Shown here: one piece after another, positions 32,349-41,861 of the stretch
Layout: each line of letters begins with the position of its first letter
How positions within the stretch are numbered: the first letter of the stretch is position 1
NCBI GenBank assembly: GCA_965223155.1
Contig: CBDCVR010000014.1
Coordinates: forward strand, 1,056,001 to 1,120,000
Direction of reading: 5' to 3'
DNA: 64,000 bases
Source: Candidatus Multivoradales bacterium
Lineage (GTDB): Bacteria > Acidobacteriota > Thermoanaerobaculia > Multivoradales > JAHEKO01
Program-made: the position numbers and the translations under genes
Notes under the pieces: generated by a model
What the model was told of the DNA's origin: nothing
Seen by the model: the letters and a program-made list of their open reading frames with translations, nothing else
The model's database searches: none

Positions 32349-32711
32349 ATGCTCAGAGCCCTGGCTCAGATCACTCTCAACGGACTTGGCGTCGTTCTCG
32401 CCGGGTATCTGGTGCCAGGCATCCAGTACCAGGGAGGGGTCGGCTACCTGCTGCTCACCGGCCTGGTGTTCGGACTCCTCAACCTGCTCGTCAGGCCCCT
32501 GGTAACCCTCCTGTCGCTGCCGGCCGTGGTGCTAACTCTGGGCCTCTTTTTCTTGGTCATCAACGGCTTCATGTTCTATCTCGCCGCCGCGGTCCTCTCG
32601 GGCCTCGAAATCACGGGCTGCCTGCCGGCGATCCTGGGCGGTCTGGTGCTGACCCTCTTCAACTGGTTGATCAGCGCCTTCGTTCCCGCGCGACCGGCGA
32701 TTCGTCCGTGA
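32349..32711 (+). CDS. 4-TM 'phage holin superfamily IV' / YvlD-like membrane protein
   Basis: C-terminal part of ORF 31509..32711; GLLNLLVRPLVTLLSLPAVVLTLGLFFLVING motif. Confidence 0.88.
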   Translation: MLRALAQITLNGLGVVLAGYLVPGIQYQGGVGYLLLTGLVFGLLNLLVRPLVTLLSLPAVVLTLGLFFLVINGFMFYLAAAVLSGLEITGCLPAILGGLVLTLFNWLISAFVPARPAIRP

Positions 32712-33376
32712 TCACTCCTTCCAAGGCGCGCCGGGAGTCCAAGGCTCGTCGCGCCGAGCGCACCGGCCAGATCCTGGCTCGGCTCAAGGAGCGCTATCCC
32801 GACAGCCGTTGCGCTCTGCGCCACCGCAATGCCCTCCAGCTCCTGGTGGCGACCATCCTATCGGCCCAGTGTACGGACAAGAGAGTCAACGAGGTGACTC
32901 GAGATCTCTTCCGCAAGTACCGTACGGCCGAGGACTACGCGGGCGCGGATCCGGCCGAGCTCGAGGAGGACGTGCGCTCGACCGGCTTCTACCGCAACAA
33001 GGCGCGCGCGCTCAAAGGTCTGGGGCAGGCACTGGTCGACGACCACAAGAGCCGCGTACCCAAGACCATGGACGAGCTCGTCGCTCTGCCCGGGGTCGGC
33101 CGCAAGACCGCCAACGTGGTCCTGGGCAACGCCTTCGACATCGAGGTGGGCGTCGTCGTCGACACTCACGTCGGGCGCCTGTCGCGCCGCTTGGTTCTGA
33201 CCGAGGAAAAAGATCCGGTCAAGGTCGAGCGGGACTTGATGCGGCTTGTGCCCGAAGGCAGCTGGACTCTTTGGTCCCACCTCTTGATCGACCACGGCCG
33301 GGCCGTGTGCAAGGCTCGCAAGCCTGACTGCAGCGGCTGCTCCCTGGTCGATCTGTGCCCGTCGGCCGAGATCTGA
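32708..33376 (+). CDS. nth: Endonuclease III
   Basis: LLVATILSAQCTD, HhH motif LPGVGRKTANVVL, VDTHV, C-x6-C-x2-C-x5-C Fe-S motif. Confidence 0.96.
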   Translation: MITPSKARRESKARRAERTGQILARLKERYPDSRCALRHRNALQLLVATILSAQCTDKRVNEVTRDLFRKYRTAEDYAGADPAELEEDVRSTGFYRNKARALKGLGQALVDDHKSRVPKTMDELVALPGVGRKTANVVLGNAFDIEVGVVVDTHVGRLSRRLVLTEEKDPVKVERDLMRLVPEGSWTLWSHLLIDHGRAVCKARKPDCSGCSLVDLCPSAEI

Positions 33377-33380
33377 ACCG

Positions 33381-34157
33381 GTGGCGTCCGGACCCTCAGC
33401 GGCGCCCGAGAGCCCCGTGGCCGTCGTCACCGGCGCCAGCTCCGGCATCGGCAGAGCAACCGCCCAAGCGCTGGCCGACGCAGGCTACCGGGTCCTCGTC
33501 GGTGCCCGCCGGCTGGATCGGCTCGAGGGTCTGCTCGGCGGCCTCGGCACCGGCCGGGCCCTGGCCCTCGACGTCACCGATCCCGAGAGCGTCGACGCCT
33601 TCGTCGCGGCCTGTCCGCGCACGATCGATCTCCTCGTCAACAACGCCGGCATCTCGCTGGGTCTCGACGCCGTCGAGCAGTCGAGCGACCGGGACTGGCA
33701 GGCGATGTGGGAGACCAACGTCCTCGGAGTCGTTCGCGTTACCCGCGGGCTGCTGCCGGCGCTACGCCGGTCGGACAACGCCCGGCTGGTCGTCGTGGGC
33801 TCCACTTCGGGCTTCGAGACCTACCGCGGCGGCGCCGGTTACACCTCGAGCAAGCACGCGACGCGCGCGCTGGTCAAGACTCTGCGGCTGGAGCTTCTGG
33901 GCGAACCCATCCGGGTCACCGAGATCTGTCCCGGGCTGGCCGAGACCGAGTTCTCGCTCCATCGCTTCGACTGGGATCGGGAACGCGCGGCCGCCGTCTA
34001 CGCCGGCATGAAGCCGCTTGCCGCCGGAGACGTCGCCGAGGCCATCCTGTTCGCGGTCTCGCGGCCCGCCCACGTCAACGTCGACGAGATCGTCATCCGA
34101 CCGTTGGCTCAGGCGACCGCCACCGAGGTCCGCCGCACGCCCCTGGACGACGGCTAG
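33381..34157 (+). CDS. Short-chain dehydrogenase, YdfG-like (NADP-dependent)
   Basis: [36 protein letters not shown]. Confidence 0.9.
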   Translation: MASGPSAAPESPVAVVTGASSGIGRATAQALADAGYRVLVGARRLDRLEGLLGGLGTGRALALDVTDPESVDAFVAACPRTIDLLVNNAGISLGLDAVEQSSDRDWQAMWETNVLGVVRVTRGLLPALRRSDNARLVVVGSTSGFETYRGGAGYTSSKHATRALVKTLRLELLGEPIRVTEICPGLAETEFSLHRFDWDRERAAAVYAGMKPLAAGDVAEAILFAVSRPAHVNVDEIVIRPLAQATATEVRRTPLDDG

Positions 34158-34621
34158 CCGGAACCGGTCGAGCCAAAGCCGCCGCCACCCCGCTCGCTCT
34201 CGGCAAGCTCGGAAACTTCCTCGAGCGCCACTTCCGGAACCGGCGCCAGAACCAGTTGGGCGATGCGCTCGCCCCGGGCGATCGCGACCGGCTCCTCCCC
34301 TAGATTGACCAGCAGAACCTGGACTTCGCCGCGGTAGTCGCTGTCGATCGTACCGGGCGCGTTGACCAGCGCCAGCCCGTAGCGGGCGGCGAGCCCGCTC
34401 CGCGGCCGCACCTGCCCTTCCCAGCCGTCCGGAATCTGCATCGCCAGTCCGGTCGGAACCCGGGCTCGAGCTCCCGGAGAAAGGGTCAGGGGGCGATCGG
34501 CGGGCAGCGCGGCCCGCAGGTCGAGGCCGGCGCTGCCGCTCGAGGCCGGCGTCGGCAGCTCGAGACCGGCGCCATGCTCCAGGCGCTTGACCCGGAGGCG
34601 AATCCGCCGCCGCTCGGTCAT
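34154..34621 (-). CDS. dut: dUTP diphosphatase
   Basis: [37 protein letters not shown]. Confidence 0.97.
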   Translation of the reverse strand: MTERRRIRLRVKRLEHGAGLELPTPASSGSAGLDLRAALPADRPLTLSPGARARVPTGLAMQIPDGWEGQVRPRSGLAARYGLALVNAPGTIDSDYRGEVQVLLVNLGEEPVAIARGERIAQLVLAPVPEVALEEVSELAESERGGGGFGSTGSG

Positions 34622-34667
34622 GCCGATCGACTCGGCAAGCCCCACGAGCTGAGCCAGCTGAGCCAGC

Positions 34668-35528
34668 TCAACCCTGACTCCGGCGCGGACCGCGGCGCCT
34701 TCCCCGGCGGAGGCCGTCCGCATCGCGATCCACCGGCCGCCGATCGTCGGTATCGAAGACGTCCGTAGGCGAGGTTCCGCGTTTGGGCTCGATGCCGTTC
34801 GGAAACGGCCTGCCGATCCAGTTGGCATGCAGCCGGGGCATGACGTCGGCCCCGCTCGGCCCCGCCATCGCCGGAATCAAATCGGCGGAAAAGCGCCATT
34901 CCTTGTAGTTCGAGCTACCCTGAAAGGTCTTGAGAGCCTTGCCGTCGACCAGACTGTGGACGCCGATGATCGGAGCCACCGAGACCTGCTGCCCCCGGCG
35001 CGGCAGGAAGCTCCCCCGCTCCCTGGGATCCGGGATTCGCTGACGGGGAGAGGTCGAAGCGGCGTCGCCGCGGCGCGAGCGCAGCCGCCGACGGGTCTCC
35101 GCGGCCTCGTCCCCGTCGCCGGTGTCCTCGGCGTCGTCCCGTCCACTGTTGCGGTCTCCCAGCCCACCACCCAGTTGGCGGCCGGCGGCGGGATTCGGAT
35201 TCCCGGTGGCAGCCAGGATCAGCCCCCATTCGGGCTCGTCGTTCAGGGGGTCGGTCCAGAGCTGCCGAATCGACCGCGGCTCGACCTCGACCAGCTCTTC
35301 GAGCCGAGTCGGAAACCGGCCCGTGCGCTTCTGAAAGATCCTGATCGCCTCGGCGTACTGCAACCCTCGAAAGATTAGCTCCTCTTCCTTGTCCCGCTGG
35401 GCGAGCTTGCTCCAGTGCGGCAGCGAAGCCGCGACGCCGATGTTGAGCACAGCGATCAGCACCATCAAGGCGACCAGGTTGTAGCCGCCCTGGCGCGTTC
35501 GGACGATCCGCCGAGGCCCGCTCACCAT
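34668..35528 (-). CDS. Pseudopilin-like T2SS protein lacking Glu5 (GspK/PilX-like minor pilin)
   Basis: [17 protein letters not shown] prepilin-like N-terminus, [16 protein letters not shown]. Confidence 0.8.
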   Translation of the reverse strand: MVSGPRRIVRTRQGGYNLVALMVLIAVLNIGVAASLPHWSKLAQRDKEEELIFRGLQYAEAIRIFQKRTGRFPTRLEELVEVEPRSIRQLWTDPLNDEPEWGLILAATGNPNPAAGRQLGGGLGDRNSGRDDAEDTGDGDEAAETRRRLRSRRGDAASTSPRQRIPDPRERGSFLPRRGQQVSVAPIIGVHSLVDGKALKTFQGSSNYKEWRFSADLIPAMAGPSGADVMPRLHANWIGRPFPNGIEPKRGTSPTDVFDTDDRRPVDRDADGLRRGRRRGPRRSQG

Positions 35529-35950
35529 TCGCTGTACGGGGTCCCGTCGAGCGCGGCGCCGTCGGATCCCGAATGAACGTCGATAATGCCTGGCGCGCCG
35601 TCCTCGGGAAGATCGGTCTCGGCCGGAAACACATCATCGACCTGATTATCGTATTCGAGAACCCAGGTGTCCGTGCTCCGAGTCATCGGATCGCGAGGGA
35701 CCGCGCGCAGGTAGCCCTCATCGACGAGTACCTCCAGGGTCGGTGGATAGTGCCCCTTGTCGGCCAGGTGCTGGTCGATGACGTCGCGAATCGCGTGCAG
35801 GTTGTTGCGGAGCACCGCCTCCCGCGCCCGCGTGGGCACGTTGCGCATCGCCGGCATGGCGATGGTCGCCAGAATCCCGACGATCGAAATAACGACAATC
35901 AACTCCAGAAGGGTGAAACCCCGGGGGGATCCGGTAGGTCGTCTGGTCAT
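35522..35950 (-). CDS. GspG-like pseudopilin
   Basis: RG/FTLLELIVV, AREAVLRNNL, YLRAVPRDPMT; ends YSEW. Confidence 0.9.
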   Translation of the reverse strand: MTRRPTGSPRGFTLLELIVVISIVGILATIAMPAMRNVPTRAREAVLRNNLHAIRDVIDQHLADKGHYPPTLEVLVDEGYLRAVPRDPMTRSTDTWVLEYDNQVDDVFPAETDLPEDGAPGIIDVHSGSDGAALDGTPYSEW

Positions 35951-35958
35951 GGATTCTC

Positions 35959-36441
35959 CTACCACTCCGAGTACGGGATGTGGTTGAGCCCCGTGCCCTC
36001 GCTGAGCGAATAGACGTCGTAGACGTTCTCTCCGCCCCAGAAGTCCGAGTCCCAATCGTCCTGAAAGCTCCGCTTGCCCCATTCCGAGTCTCCGGTCATC
36101 GGATCCAGGGGAATCTTGCGCAGGAAGCGAAACCGGGTACCGACCTGGCCCACCAGCTCGACGCCCTCGACCAGATCCTCGAGCTCGGCCGGGTAGCCGT
36201 CCGTGCCCAGCTCGAGCGGAATCAGTCCGGCGTCGCTAAAGCGCTTGTACTCGTCGATGGCGTTGCGCATCATTCGCAGGCTTTGTCGCAGGCTCGCCTC
36301 CTTCTGGCGCTTGATCGCGTACTTGGCGATGGGCGCGACCGATCCGGCCAGGATCGTCAAGACGGCCGCCACCATCACCATCTCGGCGAGAGTGAAACCC
36401 AGCTCGCGCTGGTGGCGACTCCGGTTGGCCTGAAGGATCAC
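35959..36441 (-). CDS. GspG-like pseudopilin
   Basis: LG/FTLAEMVMV, FLRKIPLDPMT; ends YSEW; GTG 36441 with GGAG RBS. Confidence 0.88.
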   Translation of the reverse strand: MILQANRSRHQRELGFTLAEMVMVAAVLTILAGSVAPIAKYAIKRQKEASLRQSLRMMRNAIDEYKRFSDAGLIPLELGTDGYPAELEDLVEGVELVGQVGTRFRFLRKIPLDPMTGDSEWGKRSFQDDWDSDFWGGENVYDVYSLSEGTGLNHIPYSEW

Positions 36442-36494
36442 GGTCGCTCCGGTCTGACAATCCACGGCCGCCGTCGCGGCACACGCCATCGCGG

Positions 36495-39080
36495 CTAGCG
36501 GGGCTCCTGCTCGGCCTCACTCCCGCGCTGGTCGCGTTCTCGGGTCTGACCGGGCAAGACGACCTCGATCGCGGTCTCCCGGGCCAGAACCGGTCCGACC
36601 GCGGCCAAGCCGTCGTCAAGGGCCTTGACCCGGCTCAGCCGGATCTCGCTCCTGCCCACGTCATGAGCGCGGAAGGCCAGGCGCGCCAGGGTACCGCTAC
36701 CCGAGACCGCGCCCACCTCGCCGAGCCGGCTGGCGCCCACGATGACCCGGCCGGGAGACGACGCATTGGCCAGGACCTCGACGGCGTCGGCATCTCCGAG
36801 AAACTCACCCTGCTCGACGCCTTCGAAGCTCAGGACTCGGGGGTCGAACTCGACGGTCATCGGCAGGTGGGCCACCGGCGTGCCCGCGTCCACGGCCAGC
36901 AGAACCTCGAAGACCGAGCCGATTTCGACCCAATCGGAGATCGTCCGGAGAGCGACCAGGACGCCGCCGGTCTCGGTAGCCGCCGAGCTGGAGGTGGCGG
37001 ATCCCTCAGAGGACGCGCTGGCCTGCTCGCCGGCCTCCTCCACGTCGCCGACCATCAGCGATGCGACCTGCATCGCCACTTCGGCGGATTCATCGACGGG
37101 CGCCTCGGTCAAGAGGGCGTCGGGCACGATCACGATCGAGCGCTGAGCCAGGCCGGGGTCCTCGTCGGGATCGCCACCGAAGGCGTCGCCCGGAGCCGAC
37201 GAGGGCGCCAGATCGATTCCGGCCGGCGCCTGCTCCTCCGCCTCTCCTTGAGGAGGATCCGGCTGCTGAAGCCCGCGCGGAAGATTCTGAATCCGTCGCC
37301 GGATCATTTCCCGGATGCGCTCGGCATCGCTCTCCCCGCCACCCTCGTCAAAGGGTCCTTCCACCTCGGATTCCACCCGCGGGCTGCCGCCGCGGAAGGT
37401 GATGTTGGCCTCGGTGCCGACCCAGATTGGCAGCAGGTCCTCCTCGGTGATGTCCGGGGTCCGGATGATATGAGGCGTCATGGTCAGAACCACGTCGGTC
37501 CGGCTCTTGTCGCTGCGTTTCCGGGAGAACAAGCGCCCGATCACGGGAATGTCCGAGAGCCCCGGTAGTCCAGTCTCGCTTTTCTGTTCCCCGGTCCGGA
37601 TCAGCCCGGCCAGGAAGTTGGTCTCGCCGTTCTTGAGGCGAATCGTGGACTCGATCGTGCGGGTAGCGATGATCGGCTGGTTCTGTCCCCCGGTGCCCTC
37701 CACGAAGCCGGACAGGTCGCTCACCTCGACCTGAAGCTTCAAGGTGATCTCCTTGTTGTGATGGATGCGGGGCTCGATGTCGAGCCGGATTCCGACCTCC
37801 TGGTACTGGAACGAGGTAATCGGGACCACCTGCTGGCCCGAGAGGTTGGCGGTGTTGAAGGAAGTCACCGGGATGGGCACCCGATCGCCGATGTGGAGTG
37901 TGGCCTGCTCGCCGTCGCTGATTCGAAGCTGCGGGCTTGCCAGCAGCTCGGCATCGGTGCTGTTCTTGATGAACTTGTAGGTGATGCCCGGGATGGTGAC
38001 GAACCAGTTGCCCTGGTTGATGAATTCGAGATCTGAGACTCGTACCGTGTTGTTGGTGACGCCGTCCGCGTCGGCCTGACCGAAGGACTGGACGATGAAG
38101 TTCTGGGACAGCTCCACGCCCAGCTCGCGGATCTTGTTGCTATTGATCTGGAGGAGTTCGACGTCCACGACGACTTCGCCGCGGGCCTTGTCGTTGGTGT
38201 GGATGATCCGCTCGGCCACCTTGACCTTGTCGGCCGTGTCGCGCAGCACGATGGCGTTGAGCAGATCGTTCGACGCCACGTTCTTGGCCCCGACCAGGCT
38301 CCGTAGCATGGTCATGACGTCCTTGACCTCGGCGTTCGACAGGAAGAACGTCTGGATCACCAGGTCTTCGTAGTTGCGCCGGTTCTGGGGCGAATCCTCG
38401 GCAACGATAATGGTCGAGTCATCCAGCACTTTGTAAAAGTGGTTCGCCGTACGCATCAGGATCTCGAGGGCGTCCTGGGCGACCACCTCGCGCAGCTCGA
38501 TGGCGACCTGCTGGTCCCGCATCTTGGGATCGAACAGGATGTTGATGCCGAAGGCGTTGCCGAGCGCGCGGTAGATGTCGAAGACCGAGACCGGTCTGGG
38601 AAAGCCCAGGGAAATGGCTTCGTCGGACCTAGGGCTCAGGACCGGCGGCTGCGGCCGGCTCCCCCGATTCCGGTCTTTCAGATCCTGCAGAGACTCGTAG
38701 TAGGCGCCACCCTCGCGGCTCAGCAGGCGCTCGCGCAGCTTTTCGAGCTCGACCTGCGCGTACTGGTTGGTGGGGTCAAGCTGAACCGCCTGCTGATACT
38801 CCGCGAAGGCGCGCTCGAGGGCGTTGGCGTCCTGGAACTTCTTGCCGCGCTCGAAGTGGGCCTGGGAGGCTCGGATCTTGGCGCGAAGGAGACCCGTGCG
38901 GTAGGGCACCCGGTTGGGGAACTCATCCACCAATTCGAGGTAGTGCAAGACCGCCTGGTCCCAATCGCCCACCTCTTCCGCCGCCTGAGCCTGACGGAAG
39001 GCCCGGTTGGCCGTGCATGCCTGGGTCAGCAGCAACACAGCCACCAGCCCCCAACCCAGTAGAAGAGTTCTCCGCTTCAT
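36495..39080 (-). CDS. Secretin (GspD/PilQ family) with N-terminal TPR and C-terminal cohesin-like domain
   Basis: Signal peptide with Cys22, TPR-like helices, N-domains, secretin core (PGLSDIPVIGRLF), C-terminal beta-sandwich (VEFDPRVLSFEGVEQGEFL...GSGTLARLAF). Confidence 0.92.
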   Translation of the reverse strand: MKRRTLLLGWGLVAVLLLTQACTANRAFRQAQAAEEVGDWDQAVLHYLELVDEFPNRVPYRTGLLRAKIRASQAHFERGKKFQDANALERAFAEYQQAVQLDPTNQYAQVELEKLRERLLSREGGAYYESLQDLKDRNRGSRPQPPVLSPRSDEAISLGFPRPVSVFDIYRALGNAFGINILFDPKMRDQQVAIELREVVAQDALEILMRTANHFYKVLDDSTIIVAEDSPQNRRNYEDLVIQTFFLSNAEVKDVMTMLRSLVGAKNVASNDLLNAIVLRDTADKVKVAERIIHTNDKARGEVVVDVELLQINSNKIRELGVELSQNFIVQSFGQADADGVTNNTVRVSDLEFINQGNWFVTIPGITYKFIKNSTDAELLASPQLRISDGEQATLHIGDRVPIPVTSFNTANLSGQQVVPITSFQYQEVGIRLDIEPRIHHNKEITLKLQVEVSDLSGFVEGTGGQNQPIIATRTIESTIRLKNGETNFLAGLIRTGEQKSETGLPGLSDIPVIGRLFSRKRSDKSRTDVVLTMTPHIIRTPDITEEDLLPIWVGTEANITFRGGSPRVESEVEGPFDEGGGESDAERIREMIRRRIQNLPRGLQQPDPPQGEAEEQAPAGIDLAPSSAPGDAFGGDPDEDPGLAQRSIVIVPDALLTEAPVDESAEVAMQVASLMVGDVEEAGEQASASSEGSATSSSAATETGGVLVALRTISDWVEIGSVFEVLLAVDAGTPVAHLPMTVEFDPRVLSFEGVEQGEFLGDADAVEVLANASSPGRVIVGASRLGEVGAVSGSGTLARLAFRAHDVGRSEIRLSRVKALDDGLAAVGPVLARETAIEVVLPGQTRERDQRGSEAEQEPR

Positions 39081-39116
39081 CGCTTAGCCTCGTAGCGGAC
39101 CGTAGTCGTGAGCTTC

Positions 39117-39677
39117 CTAACCACCCGCCGCCAATCTCTTGGGCGGCAGTTGAGGAAACTTCACGTACTTCAGGTCCGCGGATTCGTAGTTGATGCTATC
39201 CACCACAAAGTGGTCCTTTAGGATACCGCCCTTTTGTACGTTGTAGATGTCCTGGCCGTCTGTAAAGACGGCAATCATGTTGCTCTCGGGACCGAAGCTA
39301 CCGAGATAGGTGACGTCCACCGCCGGCGGCGTCGGGGCGGGCGGCCTCCGAGCCGCCGCGCGCGCCGCCGCGTTTGGCTGGGCCGGCCGCGTCGCCGGCC
39401 GGGGCGCCGGCCGAGGCGTCGGCCGGGGCGGCGGCGGAGCTGGGGGCACGTAGAAGCGAAACGGATCGCGACCCGGCGAGTAGCCGCCGGGTCTGCGCTC
39501 GAGGGCACCGATCTCCAGAGCCGCGAGCGCCGGCGCCTCGACCACCTGGCCGGACGGTGAGAATCCGAAGAGCGTTCCACCTTCCTCGGACTGGCGCAGC
39601 CGCAGCAGCAAGAACCAGAGCGCCCAGCCGACGACGAGCACCGTCAGAACCACCGCGAGCTTGCGTTGCCGGTCCAT
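39117..39677 (-). CDS. Bitopic Pro-rich T2SS/T4P accessory protein (PilP/GspC-like)
   Basis: N-terminal TM, GRDPF motif, Pro-rich linker, small beta domain; lies between pilO-like gene and secretin. Confidence 0.7.
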   Translation of the reverse strand: MDRQRKLAVVLTVLVVGWALWFLLLRLRQSEEGGTLFGFSPSGQVVEAPALAALEIGALERRPGGYSPGRDPFRFYVPPAPPPPRPTPRPAPRPATRPAQPNAAARAAARRPPAPTPPAVDVTYLGSFGPESNMIAVFTDGQDIYNVQKGGILKDHFVVDSINYESADLKYVKFPQLPPKRLAAGG

Positions 39678-39686
39678 CTCTAGCCC

Positions 39687-40295
39687 TTAGCCCTCGGGAC
39701 CACCGGCTTCCCGGGCGTCGGCGGCCTGGACCGGCGCGCCTAGCGTGAACAAGGTCGAGAGTTGCAGCGAGATGTCGAGATTCTGCCCGGCCGAGTCCGA
39801 GCCCCGGAGGGTAACCCCTTCCAGGATCAGAAAGGCGTTGGACAGCTCGAACAGGTTGACGAGCTGACGCAGCTGCTCGTACGAGCCGATCACCGCGAAA
39901 TCGATCGAGCGGCGCAGCACGCGCTGTCCCTCCAGACGCTCGCGACCGTACGCAATGGCCGACGGCCGGACACCGGCGCGGCGGCACAACTCCTTGACCT
40001 CGGCCAGGACACGCGTGAGCGACTCGCTCTCGGGAGCGAGCCGCTCGCCGTAGAACTCGGCCAGCCCGGCGCGACTGGTCCGGACGCGATAGACGGCCTC
40101 TTCGGCTTGGGTGCGGTGCGCGCGCAGCTCGTCGAGCTCACCGGCCCGCCGGCTCAAACGGCTGCGGCCCGCCTCGACGTCGGTCGAGAACGTCGTCAAG
40201 AACACCAGGAGCCCAACCACATTGACCGCCAGAAACAGCGCCGCCGGCAGCCAGCGCCGGTGGTTCTCGCTCCAGGCGTCCACCCGGCCGCTCAC
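39687..40295 (-). CDS. PilO/GspM-like protein
   Basis: TM plus coiled coil, GSYEQLRQLVNLFE ferredoxin-like motif. Confidence 0.8.
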   Translation of the reverse strand: MSGRVDAWSENHRRWLPAALFLAVNVVGLLVFLTTFSTDVEAGRSRLSRRAGELDELRAHRTQAEEAVYRVRTSRAGLAEFYGERLAPESESLTRVLAEVKELCRRAGVRPSAIAYGRERLEGQRVLRRSIDFAVIGSYEQLRQLVNLFELSNAFLILEGVTLRGSDSAGQNLDISLQLSTLFTLGAPVQAADAREAGGPEG

Positions 40296-40912
40296 GACTC
40301 GGCCCCGATCTGGCCCTGCGGCTCGTCCGGCCGCTCGTCCGGAAGGTAGACGACCGAGATCGAATAGGCGATGACACCAGCGTCGTTGCGACTCTCCCGC
40401 TTGAGGTTCGGCTCCAGAAACGCGGGATGGGCGAACATGCCATCAATCAGGGCCAGAAGCGCCTCGTCGGTGCGCGCTTCCCCGGCGAGGTCTAGAACCA
40501 CCCCCGCCGGCTCGGCCCCGCTCGTACTCCGCTCCCGGGACTCGAATTGGGGTGTCAGATCGGTCAACCGGGCCTCTCGGGGCAAGATCGCCGCCAGGCG
40601 GTCGAAGAGCTGACTCCATGAGAACGTACGCTCCCGGATTCGCTCATTGACGAACTCCACCTCGGCATTGAGCCGGCCAAAATTCTGTGCCCGCAGCTCA
40701 TCGTTGGCGGCCCGCAGCCGCTCGTCTTCGAGCTCGAGCTCGACGGCAACCTCGCTGAGGCCGGTCTCGGTCTCGCCCTGACCGGTGAAGAACCACCAGT
40801 AGAGGAAGCCGTTGAGCACCAGCAACGCCAGACCCACGATCCACAGCATGCGGGAGGTTCGCACCACCGGCCGCGCATTGACGAACGGCTTGCGCGCCAG
40901 ATTGAGACTCAC
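40292..40912 (-). CDS. PilN-like protein
   Basis: GTG 40912, SLNLARKPF N-terminus, TM, WSQLFDRLAAILP motif. Confidence 0.82.
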   Translation of the reverse strand: MSLNLARKPFVNARPVVRTSRMLWIVGLALLVLNGFLYWWFFTGQGETETGLSEVAVELELEDERLRAANDELRAQNFGRLNAEVEFVNERIRERTFSWSQLFDRLAAILPREARLTDLTPQFESRERSTSGAEPAGVVLDLAGEARTDEALLALIDGMFAHPAFLEPNLKRESRNDAGVIAYSISVVYLPDERPDEPQGQIGAES

Positions 40913-40913
40913 C

Positions 40914-41861
40914 TCAGGCAACCTCCCGTAAGCCGGCGCCCAGAAGGGGCGCCGCCTCGTCGATGCCCAGCGGATCGAAGCCGCGCAGGTGGCGCCAGGC
41001 ATCGCTCACTTGCGCCACCGGACATTCGAAGACCTCCTCGAGCACCATGCGCCAGCTCGGCTCCACACCGGGAGGGGCGACCAGGAGCACCTCGGAGGGC
41101 TTCTTCTGGCCGGCTTTTTCGACCAGGAAGTTGCGGGTGAGCGAAAGCTCCCGCCGGGCGCCGGCCAGGTGGACGTCGCCACTCGAGCTCTTGCCGCGCA
41201 CCACCACCGGCTGTCCGAAGCGAGCTCCGACGACCGAGTAGCGCTCGCCGGTCACCGCCACCGCCACCACCGACTCGGCCCGCGCGAGCGAGCCGCGCAA
41301 GGCTTCGAGAAGCGACAACGTACGGTTCGAGATCCAACCGATCCGGATGCCGCGGCCGGCAAAAAGATCCTCGAGCTGGGCGAGGGCCGCTTCGACTCCG
41401 AATCCCACCAGCAGCCGGGTGCCGTCGCCGCCGCCCACCGCCGGCAGCGTCTCGAAGGCCACCCGCAGCTCAGAGACCCGGAAGGGCACGCTCCGCTTGA
41501 GCTTGAAGCGCACGATCTCGTCGCGCTCGTCGCGTCCCCGGGGCCAGGCGTCGGTCTCTACGATTGCCAGGCGCACCCAATCATCGGGCACCACCAGAGA
41601 GGCCTCGGCGAGCGGCGAGGTCAGGCGAGCCAGAAGGGCGTCGAGCGCTCGGCCCAGCCCCTCGAGATCGCGCACGGTGCCGCCAAACGGACCCGCTTGG
41701 AAGCAGGATTCCGGCAGCTGCTCGACCGCGAGCTCACGACACGACGGCGCTTCTTCCCCGTCCGCATCCAGGCTCACGAACACCAGTCGGCTCTCGTCCA
41801 GGCCCACGACGTGGGGCGGCACCCGGACGGGATCCAGGCCGAAAAGGGTCTTAGTCCACAA
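40914..41861 (-). CDS. PilM/GspL-cytoplasmic-like protein
   Basis: Soluble; ASLVVPDDWVR...IVRFKLKRSVPF; lies between the ATPase and the pilN-like gene. Confidence 0.75.
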   Translation of the reverse strand: MWTKTLFGLDPVRVPPHVVGLDESRLVFVSLDADGEEAPSCRELAVEQLPESCFQAGPFGGTVRDLEGLGRALDALLARLTSPLAEASLVVPDDWVRLAIVETDAWPRGRDERDEIVRFKLKRSVPFRVSELRVAFETLPAVGGGDGTRLLVGFGVEAALAQLEDLFAGRGIRIGWISNRTLSLLEALRGSLARAESVVAVAVTGERYSVVGARFGQPVVVRGKSSSGDVHLAGARRELSLTRNFLVEKAGQKKPSEVLLVAPPGVEPSWRMVLEEVFECPVAQVSDAWRHLRGFDPLGIDEAAPLLGAGLREVA

